Positions 12,446 to 24,459 of a stretch of DNA of 64,000 nucleotides are shown piece after piece (the stretch's first letter is position 1; each line of letters starts with the position of its first letter). The DNA comes from Pseudomonadota bacterium. GTDB lineage: Bacteria > Pseudomonadota > Alphaproteobacteria > Caulobacterales > Parvularculaceae. The position numbers were made by a program, and so were the translations under genes. The notes below the pieces were generated by a model. It was given only the letters and a program-made list of their open reading frames with translations, was not told where the DNA came from and did no database searches. Location: NCBI GenBank assembly GCA_038531315.1, contig JBCBBT010000001.1:30469-94468 (forward strand). The letters run 5' to 3'.

Positions 12446-13831
12446 TTAAAAATTGGCCTTCAGCCATTCCGCAGCGCTCGCCAGGACGCCCCGGCGCTTG
12501 AGCGCGAGCGTGTCGATGCGGCGATAATCCGTATCGGCGCCAAAACGGGCCGCAGTGCGAATATCCTGGTGCGGGCGCGCGCGCGAAAGGAGCGCGCCGA
12601 CGCAGGCGGAAAACTGCGCCGAGGAGGCCGCATCCGGCGCACCGGTCAGCGACACTGGCCGACCGAGCCGCGTCTTGACGCCAAAAATCCGCTCCGCCGT
12701 CTCGCGCGCGCCGGTCAGAAGACTGCCGCCGCCGGTCAGCACCGCCCGGCGCATGCCGCGATGGGCGCGCTCAAAACCCATGGCGTCGTGGCCGCCGCCG
12801 GCGACCGCACAGACCCGCGCCGCCTCCTCGCGGACCAGCGTCAGCGTTTCTTCCAGACGCGGCGCGATCACCGCGCTGACGTCGGCCCGCGCCGCGCGCA
12901 GGGCGTTTTTGTTTTCGCCGAGCTGCGGGAAATCGACAAACCGATGGTCGTCGCCGAGCCCGGCGAGCGCCGAGCCATGCAGCGCCTTGACCCGTTCGGC
13001 ATGGGCAATTGCGCCGCCAAAAATATGCGCCAGATCGCGCGTGATATGCTCCCCGCCCATCGCAACGCCGCCGCAGCCGATCAGCGCGCCATCCTCATAA
13101 ACCGCGAAATCGGTGTTGCGCGCGCCCATATCGATGATGGTGACGCCGAGCTCTTTTTCATCGTCGATCAGGACCGCCTCACCGGTCGCAACCGGCCCCG
13201 GCACGATCTTGTCGATCCCGATATCGCAGCGCTCCAAAAGCGCGCGCATATTGCCGTCATAGCCGTCGCGGACGGCGAGCCCAACAAGCTCCGCAGACAG
13301 AATATCGCCGACATAGCCGCACGGATTGGCGCCGGTTTTTTCACCGTCCACGGAAAAATCAATCGGGGCCGCATGGATCGCGCGCGCGCCCTCGCGGGCG
13401 GCGAGCCCGGCGCCTTCTCGCAGGCAATCAAGAACGTCTTCGGCCGTCACCGCGCCGCCGGCAAGGTCAAGATCGACGCCGATCCGGCGCGACAGAAGCT
13501 GGCGGCCCGGCGCGCTGATCGAGACGGCGCGCACCCGTTCTCCGGCCATGCGCTCCGCCGCTTCCAGCGCCGCGCGAAAGGCCGTCTCCGCAGCGCCAAG
13601 GCGATCGGTACGCGCATCGCGCGGCGCAATCCCCTGCTGGCCGGCGCCGATCACCTCAATGTCGATGTCGCCGTCGGCTGACTCAAGGACGGAAGCAATC
13701 AGACAGGCGGCCTTGGACGCGCCGAGATCGGCCGCTGCGATCAATCCGTTTGGGCGGCGGCGCGGGGTCAGGCGCGAATGGCGTACGGGCTCGGATGCGA
13801 AGAGGTCATGCTGGGCGGCGCGCTGGGTCAT
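12446..13831 (-). CDS. ftsA: Cell division protein FtsA
   Basis: Actin-fold motifs ([33 protein letters not shown]) and a position between ftsQ and ftsZ. Confidence 0.93.
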   Translation of the reverse strand: MTQRAAQHDLFASEPVRHSRLTPRRRPNGLIAAADLGASKAACLIASVLESADGDIDIEVIGAGQQGIAPRDARTDRLGAAETAFRAALEAAERMAGERVRAVSISAPGRQLLSRRIGVDLDLAGGAVTAEDVLDCLREGAGLAAREGARAIHAAPIDFSVDGEKTGANPCGYVGDILSAELVGLAVRDGYDGNMRALLERCDIGIDKIVPGPVATGEAVLIDDEKELGVTIIDMGARNTDFAVYEDGALIGCGGVAMGGEHITRDLAHIFGGAIAHAERVKALHGSALAGLGDDHRFVDFPQLGENKNALRAARADVSAVIAPRLEETLTLVREEAARVCAVAGGGHDAMGFERAHRGMRRAVLTGGGSLLTGARETAERIFGVKTRLGRPVSLTGAPDAASSAQFSACVGALLSRARPHQDIRTAARFGADTDYRRIDTLALKRRGVLASAAEWLKANF

Positions 13832-13876
13832 CGCAATGCGTCTCCGAACTGTTCTGGCGGCGCAAAAGAGCCGGCG

Positions 13877-14749
13877 CTATTGCGCCGCTTCCGGCGCATT
13901 TTCCCGCGGACGGATGACGACGTCGGGATTGCGAAGGTCGATATATTCGTTGTCCTGGTCAAGAATGCCGTGAGCGCTCTGCAGGATTGCAAGATAGTCG
14001 AGCGCGTCGGCGAACCCGTGTTCCGGCAGTTTAACGTCGACTTTGTTCCGCAGACGCATGTTCCAGCGGCGCTCTCCGACCCGCACAAGCGCGGCGGTGC
14101 GTTCTTCAAGATCGGGATGGGCCGCCAGCGCCTGCAGGATTTCTGCGGTCGCGTCCGGCGCGCCGGCTCCGACGATCAGGGGCAGCGACGCATATTCATA
14201 CGCGCTTACTTCTTTGATGATCGCGCCTTCATCATCGATCAGATGCAGCGCGCCGGACAATTGCCAGACCGCTGCCGGTTCGCGCTCGCGGATCGAGACA
14301 TGAATGGTGTTCGGCCAGAGCCGGGAGACGGCCGCCGTGCGGACCCAACCGAGATCTTCGACCCGCGCTTTCGCCGCATCGAGATCGAAATGGCCGATTG
14401 ACGCGCCGACCACGGGCCCGATCGCCACCTCGACATCGGAAAACGCCGCCTGCTGACGGCCCATGAGCGTGATGCGACGGATATCGAACCCGGACGCGAT
14501 GGCGGCGCCGCGCATCGCCCGGTCGGCGCGCTCGCTCATCAGGCCGACATAACCGCCCGCCCACAACGCAGCGACAATGCCCACCGTGATCATCGTCGCG
14601 CCGACGACGCCGGCGAGGGTCAACCGGTGAAACTGGCCGAGGGAGCGCTCGATAAAAGAGGGCGCGCGCCGCGCCGTCCGGCTGCGGGCGCTTTTCGCCG
14701 CCTTACCGGTTTTGCGCTTGGCGGCGGTCTTCTTTTTCACCTTTGGCAT
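13877..14749 (-). CDS. ftsQ: Cell division protein FtsQ
   Basis: Lys/Arg-rich N-terminus, a single TM segment ([26 protein letters not shown]), a POTRA-like region, and dcw synteny. Confidence 0.85.
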   Translation of the reverse strand: MPKVKKKTAAKRKTGKAAKSARSRTARRAPSFIERSLGQFHRLTLAGVVGATMITVGIVAALWAGGYVGLMSERADRAMRGAAIASGFDIRRITLMGRQQAAFSDVEVAIGPVVGASIGHFDLDAAKARVEDLGWVRTAAVSRLWPNTIHVSIREREPAAVWQLSGALHLIDDEGAIIKEVSAYEYASLPLIVGAGAPDATAEILQALAAHPDLEERTAALVRVGERRWNMRLRNKVDVKLPEHGFADALDYLAILQSAHGILDQDNEYIDLRNPDVVIRPRENAPEAAQ

Positions 14750-15672
14750 GATGCGTCCTCAGTGATCCATGCGCACAGCTCCGGAAAGGTCATGCCGAGA
14801 TAAGCGGCCTGTTCCGGCGCCAGCGATGTCGGGGTTAGACCCGGTTGGGTATTGACTTCAAGGCAGTAAAGCCCGCCGCCTTTATCGGCCGCGTCCGGAT
14901 CAAACCGGAAATCGGCGCGCGACAGACCGCGACAGCCGAGCGCGCGGTGCGCCCGCAACGCCACCGCCAGCGCCTCCTCCGTCACCGCCGCCGGTAGGTC
15001 GGCCGGCAACACATGGCGCGAGCCGCCATCGGCGTATTTCGCTTCGTAATCGTAAAATGCGGTCGCCGGCAGGATTTCCGTCACGCAAAGCGGCTTGTCG
15101 CCGAGCACCGCCACCGTCAGCTCACGGCCCGGAATGAATTTCTCAACCAGCACGTCCTCGCCCAGATTCCATTTCGGATCGCTGAGCGCTTCGGGCGGGC
15201 GATTGTCGCCTTCATAAACGATATAAACGCCGACGGACGAACCCTGATCGTTTGGTTTGACCACATAAGGCGCCTTGATCACGCCGCCGCCTGCGGCCTC
15301 ATCGCGGGAGACGATTTTGCCAAACGGCGCAAGGATGCCCGCATCTTCAAACACCGCTTTGGCGCGCTGTTTGTCCATCGCAAGCGAAGACGCGAGGACG
15401 CCGGAGTGCGTGTACGGAATTTCCATGACTTCGAGGAGACCCTGAACGCAGCCGTCCTCGCCCCATTTGCCGTGCAGCGCATTGAAGGCCGCGTCTGGTT
15501 TCACTTCAGCGAGCTGTTCAGCAAGATTGTGGCCCGCATCGATCTCGACCGCATCATAGCCCGCTTCCCGCAAGGCCTTCGCCGCCTCCGCGCCGGAGCT
15601 GAGCGAGACCTCGCGCTCCGGCGACCAGCCGCCTTTCAGGACGGCGATGCGTTTGTATTGACGCGCGCTCAT
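14737..15672 (-). CDS. ddl: D-alanine--D-alanine ligase
   Basis: ATP-grasp protein of 311 aa with [13 protein letters not shown] and [10 protein letters not shown]. It overlaps ftsQ and murB. Confidence 0.95.
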   Translation of the reverse strand: MSARQYKRIAVLKGGWSPEREVSLSSGAEAAKALREAGYDAVEIDAGHNLAEQLAEVKPDAAFNALHGKWGEDGCVQGLLEVMEIPYTHSGVLASSLAMDKQRAKAVFEDAGILAPFGKIVSRDEAAGGGVIKAPYVVKPNDQGSSVGVYIVYEGDNRPPEALSDPKWNLGEDVLVEKFIPGRELTVAVLGDKPLCVTEILPATAFYDYEAKYADGGSRHVLPADLPAAVTEEALAVALRAHRALGCRGLSRADFRFDPDAADKGGGLYCLEVNTQPGLTPTSLAPEQAAYLGMTFPELCAWITEDASCQR

Positions 15673-16598
15673 GGCCGCTCCCCTACCCGCCTGATCTCCC
15701 AGCGCAGGGCGACGCCGGTCTCGCGTTCAACGTCTGTACGCAGAGATTCAATCAGGGTCTCAAGGTCGCCCGCTGTCGCCGCGCCGCGATTGATCATGAA
15801 GTTGCAATGCTGTTCGGAGACCTGCGCGTCGCCGACGATGCGTCCGCGCCCGCCGACTTCGTCAATCAACTGCCAGGATTTGCGCCCGCCCGACAAGGCG
15901 AGATCCGGATTGGCGAAGGTCGACCCACCGGTGCGCGCCCTGATCGGCTGGCTTTCTTCCCGGCGGCGCATGATCTCGGCCATGCGCGCCTCAATCGCGT
16001 CCGGATCGCCCTCGTGTCCCTTGAACGTTGCTTCAGTGAACACAAGCCAGCGATCGTCGAGCGCGCCGCAATGGCGATAGGCGAATTTCATATCCTCATT
16101 AGACAGAACATGGCGCGCGCCGGCCCGGTCGATGGCGACAGCCTCAACAAGATTGTCTTTGGTCTCGCCGCCATAAGCTCCCGCATTCATCGCGAGCGCG
16201 CCGCCGATCGCGCCCGGCACGCCGCGGTAAAACTCAAGGCCCGCGACCCCCGCCGCGCCCGCTTTCTTCGCGACCTGCGCGTCGAGCGCCGCTGCGCCCG
16301 CCGTAACGGTCAGGCCGCTGACGTCGATTTTGTTGAACCCCGCGCCGAGGCGAATAACGACGCCGCGCACGCCGCCGTCGCGCACCAGAAGATTTGAACC
16401 GACGCCCATGACAAACACCGGCACGGCCGGGTCAAGCGAGGCCAGAAACTGCGCAAGGTCGTCTTCATCGGCTGGCGAAAAGAGGACGTCAGCCGGGCCG
16501 CCGACGCGAAACCACGTGACCCCCGACAGGTCCGCGCCTTCGATAATCCGACCACGGACCGGCGGCAGGGCGCTGATATTAAACGCCGCCGGCGTCAT
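15669..16598 (-). CDS. murB: UDP-N-acetylenolpyruvoylglucosamine reductase
   Basis: FAD-binding N-terminus ([23 protein letters not shown]), C-terminal TGGSTFANP, and dcw synteny. Confidence 0.93.
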   Translation of the reverse strand: MTPAAFNISALPPVRGRIIEGADLSGVTWFRVGGPADVLFSPADEDDLAQFLASLDPAVPVFVMGVGSNLLVRDGGVRGVVIRLGAGFNKIDVSGLTVTAGAAALDAQVAKKAGAAGVAGLEFYRGVPGAIGGALAMNAGAYGGETKDNLVEAVAIDRAGARHVLSNEDMKFAYRHCGALDDRWLVFTEATFKGHEGDPDAIEARMAEIMRRREESQPIRARTGGSTFANPDLALSGGRKSWQLIDEVGGRGRIVGDAQVSEQHCNFMINRGAATAGDLETLIESLRTDVERETGVALRWEIRRVGERP

Positions 16599-18046
16599 GT
16601 CGCGCGGGCCTCAAGGGCGGCGACAAGCCCGTTGGCGTGCCGCGTGATATCGCCGGCCCCGAGGCACACGACATAATCGCCGGGCTCGGCGAGCGCCGCG
16701 ATTTCCGCCGGCAAATCTTCAAGGCTCTTCAGCGCGCGCACATCCTTATGGCCGTGAGCGGCGGCGCCGGCGACAAAGGCGTCGCGGTCAACGCCGTCGA
16801 TGGGTTGTTCGCCGGCGGCGAAAATGTCCGTGACAAACGCGATATCGGCTTCGTTCAGGCACGCGCAAAATTCGTCGAACAGCGCTTGCAGCCGCGAATA
16901 ACGATGCGGCTGTACGACCGCGATGATCTTGCCCCTGGCGACGTTGCGCGCCGCGCGCAGGACGGCGGTGATCTCCGCGGGATGGTGGCCATAGTCGTCG
17001 ATTATCACGGCGCCGTTCCAGGCGCCGACCTTCGTAAAGCGGCGCTTGACGCCCTCGAACTTTGCGAAACCCGACTTGATCGACGCGGCGCTGGCGCCCA
17101 GCTCACGCGCGACGATCGCCGCGGCCAGCGAATTCAACACGTTATGCACCCCCGGCATCGGCAGGCTGACATCGTCGATCCGCGTCACCTCGGCGCCGCG
17201 CTCGCGGAACACAATATCGTATCGCGCAAAACCTTCTTCAAAGCGAATGTTCTCAGCGCGAACATCCGCCTGCGGATTGGCGCCATAGGTGATGAGCTTT
17301 CTGTCAGTAACGCGCCCGACAAGCGCCTGCACTTCCGGATGGTCAAGACAAACGACGCCGAACCCGTAAAACGGCGTGTTCTCAATAAAGGCGTCGAAGG
17401 CGTCCTTCAGGCTTTCAAAATCGCCCCAATGGTCGAGATGTTCCGGATCGATGTTAGAGACGACCGCCACCGTCGTCGGCAGGCGGAGGAAAGCGCCGTC
17501 GGACTCATCGGCCTCGACCACCATCCAGTCGCCTTCCCCGACCCGCGCATTCGCGCCATAGGCGTTAATGACGCCGCCATTGATCACCGTCGGATCAAGA
17601 CCCGCCTCATCGAGGAGCGCTGCGACCATGGTTGTGGTTGTGGTTTTTCCGTGGGTGCCGGCGACCGATATCGTCCATTTCAGCCGCATCAGTTCGGCCA
17701 GCATATCGGCGCGCTTGACGACGGGAATATGCTTGGCGCGCGCGGCCCTTACTTCCGGATTGTCCGCCCTGATCGCCGTCGAGACGACCACCGCTTCGGC
17801 GCCGTCCACATTGGCGGGGCTGTGGCCGATGACGACGTCAATGCCCTTGTCGCGCAGCTGTTGCACATTGGGTCCGTCCGCCACATCGGAGCCGCGCACC
17901 TGATAGCCGAGATTGCGCATCACCGAGGCGATCCCCGACATGCCGATGCCGCCAATGCCGACGAAATGGACAACGCCCACATTGAACGGCAGCTTGATCT
18001 TGATTTCCGGGGCGGCTTGCGGCCGTGTGCTGACTTTTTCGCTCAT
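16595..18046 (-). CDS. murC: UDP-N-acetylmuramate--L-alanine ligase
   Basis: [14 protein letters not shown] and P-loop [12 protein letters not shown]. Confidence 0.95.
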   Translation of the reverse strand: MSEKVSTRPQAAPEIKIKLPFNVGVVHFVGIGGIGMSGIASVMRNLGYQVRGSDVADGPNVQQLRDKGIDVVIGHSPANVDGAEAVVVSTAIRADNPEVRAARAKHIPVVKRADMLAELMRLKWTISVAGTHGKTTTTTMVAALLDEAGLDPTVINGGVINAYGANARVGEGDWMVVEADESDGAFLRLPTTVAVVSNIDPEHLDHWGDFESLKDAFDAFIENTPFYGFGVVCLDHPEVQALVGRVTDRKLITYGANPQADVRAENIRFEEGFARYDIVFRERGAEVTRIDDVSLPMPGVHNVLNSLAAAIVARELGASAASIKSGFAKFEGVKRRFTKVGAWNGAVIIDDYGHHPAEITAVLRAARNVARGKIIAVVQPHRYSRLQALFDEFCACLNEADIAFVTDIFAAGEQPIDGVDRDAFVAGAAAHGHKDVRALKSLEDLPAEIAALAEPGDYVVCLGAGDITRHANGLVAALEARAT

Positions 18047-18055
18047 CGGATACTC

Positions 18056-19201
18056 TTATACATCGCCGCGCAGCGTAATCGCTTCAACGAGATCGGCAAG
18101 GGCCGTCGCCGCCCCCTGACGCACGCGGCCCCGGGCCGCCGCCGCCATGACGCCAAGCCGGCGCGGCTCTTGAAGGAGCGGCTTTAGCGCCGCCGTCAGG
18201 GCCTCTTCGCTAAAGCCTGCTTCCGGCAAAAGAATGGCGCCCTGCGCCCCATCGGCGCCGCTATCGGACAAGGCGCGCGCATTGCCGGTCTGGTGATCGT
18301 CCATCGCGATGGCGAGCGGCACAAGCACCGAGGGACGCCCGATAATCGACAACTCCGTCACCGTCGACCCGCCGGCGCGCGCCAACACAAGATGCGCGTT
18401 GGCGATGCGCGCGGGCAAATCCTTAAAGAACGGCGCGATCTCCGCCGCGATGCCGGCTTGGTCATAGACCGCCTTGACCATCGCGGCCTCTGCGTCGCGC
18501 GCCTGGTGGACAACGTAAAGCCGGCTGCGGATCGCTTTCGGCAGCCGCTCCAGCGCGCGCGGCGCAATCTCGGAAAAAAGCGATGCGCCCTGGCTGCCGC
18601 CAAAGATCAAAAGCCGGATGGGCGCGTCCGGTTCCGGGCTGGCGAAGTCGCTGTCAGCCAACGCTTTGACAGCATCGCGCACCGGATTGCCGACCTCGTG
18701 CAGGCGCCCCGCCGCGCTGAGGGTGCGCTGTGCTTTGGCCGGCATTTTTTCCAGAATGGGAAACGCATGGGCGACGAAAGCCGCGCGGCCGACGAGCAGG
18801 CGGTTGGCGCGACCGAGAACGCCATTTTGTTCGTGTACGCCATAGGGAATGTTGAGGGCGCTCGCCGCCTGCATCCCGGCGAAAGAAGGATAGCCGCCGA
18901 AGCCAACAGCGGCGGCCGGTTGCATGCGTTTCAGCGCGCGCCGCGCGGTTAAAAACCCGCCCGCCAGCGACACCGCGGCCGCGGCCTTGGCGACGGGGCC
19001 GCCGATTGAGGGACTGGCGGCGGAAATCTCTATGCGGTCGTCGTCGCCGAAATTTTCCGCAAAGCGCGCGCCGCGCTTGTCCGTGACCAGCAGGATGCGC
19101 GCACCGCGGCGCTTTAGTTCCTGCGCCAGCGCTTGCGCGGGAAACATATGACCGCCCGTGCCGCCGGCGGCGAGCGCAATCAGTTTGCCGCTCACCGTCA
19201 C
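18056..19201 (-). CDS. murG: Undecaprenyl-PP-MurNAc-pentapeptide GlcNAc transferase
   Basis: AAGGTGGHMFPAQALA N-terminal motif, GT28 architecture, and dcw synteny. Confidence 0.95.
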   Translation of the reverse strand: MTVSGKLIALAAGGTGGHMFPAQALAQELKRRGARILLVTDKRGARFAENFGDDDRIEISAASPSIGGPVAKAAAAVSLAGGFLTARRALKRMQPAAAVGFGGYPSFAGMQAASALNIPYGVHEQNGVLGRANRLLVGRAAFVAHAFPILEKMPAKAQRTLSAAGRLHEVGNPVRDAVKALADSDFASPEPDAPIRLLIFGGSQGASLFSEIAPRALERLPKAIRSRLYVVHQARDAEAAMVKAVYDQAGIAAEIAPFFKDLPARIANAHLVLARAGGSTVTELSIIGRPSVLVPLAIAMDDHQTGNARALSDSGADGAQGAILLPEAGFSEEALTAALKPLLQEPRRLGVMAAAARGRVRQGAATALADLVEAITLRGDV

Positions 19202-20337
19202 GGCATGATTTCCTTGCGCCGGCGCGCCAGTCCGGGCGAGCGCGTCAGGGCGAAGATCAATCCGAATGACAGCCCCACCGCTAACATCGACGATCCGCCA
19301 TACGAGATAAACGGCAACGTCATGCCCTTGGCCGGCAAGGCGCGCAAATTAACGCCGATATTGATAAAACTCTGTAGGCCGATCATCGCAGCGAGCCCGC
19401 ATACGGCGCATTGGGCGAAGAGGCTTTTCAGCGTCGAGGCGCGTAGATAAAGCCGCGCGACAAGAGCGGCGAACAGCGCCAGGATCACGCAACAAAAGAA
19501 GAAGCCAAACTCTTCCGCCGCGACGGCGAAAATAAAATCCGTATGCGCATCCGGCAGTTGCAGCTTGTAAGACGGGTCCTGGGGATTGCGTCCGAACGCC
19601 GCCCCGTTTTGAACCGCCTGCATCGCCTTGTCGACCTGATAGGTTTCCGCGCTTGCCGGATTGAGAAAGCCGTCAATGCGCCGCGCCAGATGCGGCGAGA
19701 ACGCATAGCCGCCCCACAAGGCCGCCGCCCCAATGGCGCCGAGCCCGGCGATCCAAAGCCAGCTCCAGCCGGCGATAAAGAACATGATCATCCAGACCGC
19801 CGTCAGGAGCGCAGCCTGTCCGAAATCGGGCTGCATGACCATAAGCCCGCCGCACACAAGGTAGAGCGCCATGGCGATCATCGCGCCGGGAAACCCGGGA
19901 CGGCGGGCGCCTTCCGCCAGCATCCACGCGGCCACAACAATAAAGCCAGGCTTGAGGAATTCCGACGGCTGCAACAGATAAGACCCGATCGAAAGCCAGC
20001 GATGGGCGCCGTTGATTTCAGGGCCGATCGTCACCGCCGCAATCATCAACAAAAGCGCGCCCGCAAAAACCAGCACGCCAAACCGGCGCGCCTGCAGCGG
20101 CGACAACATCGAGACGCCGGCCATCAAAACCAGCGACGGGCCGAGAAACAGCAATTGGCGTACGGAGAAATGAAAGTCATTATCGATGCCGAACCGCACC
20201 GCGGCGCCCGGCCCGGCGGCGAGCAATAACACCAGCCCGATCGAAAGGATCGCCGCCACCAGAAGGGCGCTGACGCGATCAAGCGACCACCACCACCGCG
20301 CCAGCGGCGAGGTGTCGATGCGCGAGGGCGCCTTCAC
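19198..20337 (-). CDS. ftsW: SEDS-family peptidoglycan polymerase FtsW
   Basis: Polytopic membrane protein with LPDAHTDFIFAVAAEEFG and LPFISYGGSS, located between murD and murG. Confidence 0.93.
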   Translation of the reverse strand: MKAPSRIDTSPLARWWWSLDRVSALLVAAILSIGLVLLLAAGPGAAVRFGIDNDFHFSVRQLLFLGPSLVLMAGVSMLSPLQARRFGVLVFAGALLLMIAAVTIGPEINGAHRWLSIGSYLLQPSEFLKPGFIVVAAWMLAEGARRPGFPGAMIAMALYLVCGGLMVMQPDFGQAALLTAVWMIMFFIAGWSWLWIAGLGAIGAAALWGGYAFSPHLARRIDGFLNPASAETYQVDKAMQAVQNGAAFGRNPQDPSYKLQLPDAHTDFIFAVAAEEFGFFFCCVILALFAALVARLYLRASTLKSLFAQCAVCGLAAMIGLQSFINIGVNLRALPAKGMTLPFISYGGSSMLAVGLSFGLIFALTRSPGLARRRKEIMP

Positions 20338-21791
20338 GCCGCCGCTCCGCCGGTCGACGGCGCCGCATCGTCGCCTTGCGCGCGAATGGCTTCGGCTTCA
20401 TCCATGACGAGACGGCGAAAGGTCTCGCCGCGGTCTTCAAAGTTCTTGAACTGGTCCTGGGAGGCGCAGGCGGGCGACAAAAGGACGACCGCCTCCTCGC
20501 CGGTGCGGCGGCGAAATTCGAGCGCGTCGCGCGTCGCCGCGGCGACAGCGACAGCGAGGTTGCCGCACTGGACGCTCGCGACAGCCGCGCCAAGCGCGCG
20601 CTCGAAATCCTCGGCCGCATCGCCAATCAGATAGGTCCTCTGTACACGGCTCATCAACGTCTTCAACGGCGCTGCGCCGTCCTGTTTCGCGCGCCCGCCG
20701 GCGATCCAGAAGATATTGTCAAACGCCGTCAGGGCGCGCGCCGCGGCGTCCACATTGGTCGCTTTGGAATCATTGACGAAACTGACGCCGTCGAGACGCG
20801 CAATCGTCTCTGATCGGTGAGGAAGGCCTTTAAAACGCTCCATCGCTTTGATCGACACCGACGGCGCGACGCCCAGAATGCTGCAGGCGGCGAGCGCCGC
20901 GGCGGCGTTCTGGCGGTTATGGGCCCCGCGCAAGGTCGGTATCTGGTCAACGGCGCCGGCCTCGCCGCTTTTGCCGCTGAGGTTGTAATAAAGATTGCCG
21001 CCCAGCGAATAGACGCCGTGCCCGAGCGCGCCCTTCACCGAAATCGGGTAGACGCGCGCCTCCTGCTTGCCGGAAAGGGTTGCGCAGATGCCTTGCGCAT
21101 ATTCATCGTCAACGCCGATGATCGCCACATCGTCTTTCGTCTGATTAAAAAATATCCGCTGTTTCGCCGCCGCGTAGCCCGCCATATCCCCGTGGCGATC
21201 GAGATGGTCCGGAGAAAGATTAAGAAGAATGGCGATGTCTGCATGAAACGATGACGCCAGATCGAGCTGGTATGATGACAGCTCCAGCACGTAGACGCGG
21301 TCTTTATGGAACGGCGCCATCGCGAGGAGCGGCTCGCCGATATTGCCGCCCACGCCGACTTCGCGGCCGGTGTCTTTGAGAATATGACCGATCAGCGCCG
21401 TTGTTGTGGATTTACCGTTCGAGCCGGTGATCGCAACGATGTTTGGGCGCTCGGCTTTGGTGCGCGCCGACAAGGCCATGGCGAAGAGTTCGAGATCGCC
21501 GAGAATTCTGACCTTGGCCGAGCGCGCCTTGCGCACGATGGCGTGGGGTTTTGGATGGGTCAGCGGCACGCCAGGGCTCAACGCCAGAAACTGAAGCTCC
21601 GCCCACGGCCAGTTTTTCGGATGTTCGCAAGAATAGGCCGTGTTCGCCGCGCGCTCCCTGGCGGCGGGATATTCGTCCCAGGTAAAAACCTGCGCGCCCG
21701 AGGCCGAGAGCGCTTTTGCGGTCGCAAGACCCGTTGCGCCCAGCCCGAAGACGGCGGTCTTTCTGTTTTTCAGATCGGGCAGAATGATCAT
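20334..21791 (-). CDS. murD: UDP-N-acetylmuramoylalanine--D-glutamate ligase
   Basis: VFGLGATGLA Rossmann N-terminus and P-loop TGSNGKSTTTAL. Confidence 0.95.
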   Translation of the reverse strand: MIILPDLKNRKTAVFGLGATGLATAKALSASGAQVFTWDEYPAARERAANTAYSCEHPKNWPWAELQFLALSPGVPLTHPKPHAIVRKARSAKVRILGDLELFAMALSARTKAERPNIVAITGSNGKSTTTALIGHILKDTGREVGVGGNIGEPLLAMAPFHKDRVYVLELSSYQLDLASSFHADIAILLNLSPDHLDRHGDMAGYAAAKQRIFFNQTKDDVAIIGVDDEYAQGICATLSGKQEARVYPISVKGALGHGVYSLGGNLYYNLSGKSGEAGAVDQIPTLRGAHNRQNAAAALAACSILGVAPSVSIKAMERFKGLPHRSETIARLDGVSFVNDSKATNVDAAARALTAFDNIFWIAGGRAKQDGAAPLKTLMSRVQRTYLIGDAAEDFERALGAAVASVQCGNLAVAVAAATRDALEFRRRTGEEAVVLLSPACASQDQFKNFEDRGETFRRLVMDEAEAIRAQGDDAAPSTGGAAA

Positions 21792-21837
21792 CGATGGAGC
21801 CCTTCAGGTCGGCGTCAGTTCATTGTCTTCAATGGCG

Positions 21838-22944
21838 TTAGCGTAGTTTGAGCGTCGCAAGACCGATCAGCGCGAGGATCACCGCAATGATCCAGAAACG
21901 AATGACAATCGTCGATTCCTTCCAGCCGAGTTGTTCAAAATGGTGGTGGATCGGCGCCATCCTGAACACGCGCTTGCCGGTCAGCTTGAACGAGGCGATC
22001 TGGATCATGACCGAGACGCCCTCAAGCACGAAAAGCCCGCCGACAATGGCGAGAACGATTTCATGTTTGGTGGCGACCGCAATCGACCCGATCGTGCCGC
22101 CGAGCGCCAGCGAGCCGGTGTCGCCCATGAAGATTGCAGCGGGCGGCGCGTTGAACCACAAAAAGCCCAGCCCCGCGCCGATGATCGCGCCGCAAATGAC
22201 GGCCATCTCGCCGACGCCGGGCACATAGGTCACTTGCAGATAGCCGGCGAAATCAGCCCGGCCCACAAGATAAGCGATAATCGCATAGGTCGCGGCCGCG
22301 ATCATGACGGGCACAATCGCAAGCCCGTCGAGGCCGTCGGTGAGGTTGACCGTGTTCGAGGCGCCGACAATCACAAACGCCGCAAACGGAATAAAAAGCA
22401 GGCCGAGCGGAATAAACAAATCCTTGAAGAACGGGAGCGGCACCGAGGTCTCAAGACCCGCCGGAATATCGGGCGATGCGCCAAGCGTGCGCATGCAATA
22501 CCAACCGGCGAGAAGCGCGACGGCGAACTGAAAAATCAGCTTGAAGGAGCCGACGACGCCGCTCGCCGATTGTTTCGTGACTTTGAGATAATCATCGACA
22601 AAGCCGAGGAGCCCGAAGGTCAGCGTTACGCCCATCACGACCCAGACATAAGGATTGTCGAGGCGGGCCCATAAAAACGTCGCCACACTGAGCGAAAGGA
22701 GGATCAGGACGCCGCCCATGGTCGGCGTGCCGGCTTTTTCAATGATGTGGCTCTGCGGGCCGTCCTGACGAATTGGCTGGCCCTTGCCCTGTTTGCGACG
22801 CATCCACCGGATCAAGGACGGGCCCAGGACAAACGACATCAACAGCGCCGTCATGACGGCGCCGCCGGTTCTGAATGTCAGATAGCGGAAAACATTAAAA
22901 AGCTGAAAGTCTTCAGCGAGCGGCGTTAAAAGGTAATACAGCAT
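21838..22944 (-). CDS. mraY: Phospho-N-acetylmuramoyl-pentapeptide transferase
   Basis: [17 protein letters not shown] and [12 protein letters not shown] motifs, with 10-TM character. Confidence 0.96.
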   Translation of the reverse strand: MLYYLLTPLAEDFQLFNVFRYLTFRTGGAVMTALLMSFVLGPSLIRWMRRKQGKGQPIRQDGPQSHIIEKAGTPTMGGVLILLSLSVATFLWARLDNPYVWVVMGVTLTFGLLGFVDDYLKVTKQSASGVVGSFKLIFQFAVALLAGWYCMRTLGASPDIPAGLETSVPLPFFKDLFIPLGLLFIPFAAFVIVGASNTVNLTDGLDGLAIVPVMIAAATYAIIAYLVGRADFAGYLQVTYVPGVGEMAVICGAIIGAGLGFLWFNAPPAAIFMGDTGSLALGGTIGSIAVATKHEIVLAIVGGLFVLEGVSVMIQIASFKLTGKRVFRMAPIHHHFEQLGWKESTIVIRFWIIAVILALIGLATLKLR

Positions 22945-23007
22945 GAATGTTTCAAAAGGCCCTCAATGAGGCGCGCCCGTGACGCAACCCGATTATTTTT
23001 GTGGTGT

Positions 23008-24459
23008 TCACCCGGTTTGTTGTTTCACATCAAGCCCCGCCGCACGCAACTGCGCCACAACGGCCCCGAGGCCGGAGGCGTTCGATCCTTTGACCATGAC
23101 GATATCGCCGTCGCGCAGATCGCCGATCAGCGCCTGCGCCAGGGCGTCCGCGTCGCGGCTGTGCTCGGCCTTCATGCCGTCGGGAACCGCGTCCCACAAG
23201 TGCGCCATCGCCTCGCCCGCCGCGTAGAGACAGTCGACTTGCGCCTCGATCAGGGGCTGCGCGATATCGCGGTGAAGCGCCGCCGACGCGGGCCCGAGTT
23301 CCAGCATATCGCCGAGCACCGCGATCCGCCGCCCGCCAGCGGCCGGCGCTTGCGCGCCGAGGAGTGCGATAGACGACGCCATCGACGCCGGATTTGCGTT
23401 GTAGCTTTCATCGATGAGGGTGATGCGGGCGCCGGCGATCTCAATCAACTGCATCGCGCCGCGCCCGGCCCCGGCGCCAAACCCGGCGAGCGCATTGACA
23501 GCGGCGTCAAGATCGGCGCCGACCGCCTCAGCGGCGGCGAGCGTCGCCAGCGCATTCACCGCCTGATGGCGCCCCGGCGCGCCAAGGCGAAAACTCTGCG
23601 CGTCGCCGCGGATCTCTGCGGTCACCGATGACCCGCCGGCTTTGTCCGGCGCGCAATCAATCAGGCGAAAATCGGCGCCGCGCGATGCGCCGAACGTTAC
23701 CCGGGAACCAGCCCCCGCTTCGTCAGCGCGGCGGCTCAACAAGTCAAAATAGTCATTGTCAGCCGGCAATACCGCAACGCCGTCTTTCGTCAGTCCCGTG
23801 AAGATTTCCGCTTTGGCTTCAGCGATCCCTTCGATGGAGTCAAAGAACTCCAGATGCGCCGCCGCGACCGTCGTGACGATGGCGACGTGCGGTTCGACCA
23901 GCCCGGTCAGCGGCGTGATTTCACCGGCATGGTTCATGCCGATTTCGAAGACGCCAAAATCGGTGCGCATGGGCATCGACGCCAGCGTCAGCGGCACGCC
24001 CCAGTGGTTATTGAAACTTTTGTCAGCAGCATGAACAACCCCGCTCGGCGCCAGCGCCACGCGCAGCATTTCTTTCACACTGGTCTTTCCGACGCTGCCG
24101 GTGACGGCGACGCGTTTGCCAAAATTACGTAGCCGCGCGGCCCGCGCAAGATCGCGCAATCCTTCGAGCGTATCGCGAACCACAAGCAGCGGCTTTCCTT
24201 CGGGCGCATCCGCCGGCGCACGCGCGACAAGCGCCGCGGACGCGCCGCGATCAAAGGCGTTCGCAATAAAATCATGGCCGTCGCGCGCATCCTGTAATGC
24301 GACAAACATTTGTCCCGGTTTCAGCGTGCGCGAATCGATCGAAACGCCGCGCGCCGCCCATTCCTCCGCCTCCCAACGGTTCGGATCACCGCCCCGCGCA
24401 CAGAGCGCGCCGCCCGTCGCCGCCGCCGCCTCGTAGGCCGTCCAGAACCCGTCGCTCAT
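23008..24459 (-). CDS. murF: UDP-MurNAc-tripeptide--D-alanyl-D-alanine ligase
   Basis: P-loop VTGSVGKTSVKEM, Mur ligase middle and C domains, and overlap with the murE stop. Confidence 0.94.
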   Translation of the reverse strand: MSDGFWTAYEAAAATGGALCARGGDPNRWEAEEWAARGVSIDSRTLKPGQMFVALQDARDGHDFIANAFDRGASAALVARAPADAPEGKPLLVVRDTLEGLRDLARAARLRNFGKRVAVTGSVGKTSVKEMLRVALAPSGVVHAADKSFNNHWGVPLTLASMPMRTDFGVFEIGMNHAGEITPLTGLVEPHVAIVTTVAAAHLEFFDSIEGIAEAKAEIFTGLTKDGVAVLPADNDYFDLLSRRADEAGAGSRVTFGASRGADFRLIDCAPDKAGGSSVTAEIRGDAQSFRLGAPGRHQAVNALATLAAAEAVGADLDAAVNALAGFGAGAGRGAMQLIEIAGARITLIDESYNANPASMASSIALLGAQAPAAGGRRIAVLGDMLELGPASAALHRDIAQPLIEAQVDCLYAAGEAMAHLWDAVPDGMKAEHSRDADALAQALIGDLRDGDIVMVKGSNASGLGAVVAQLRAAGLDVKQQTG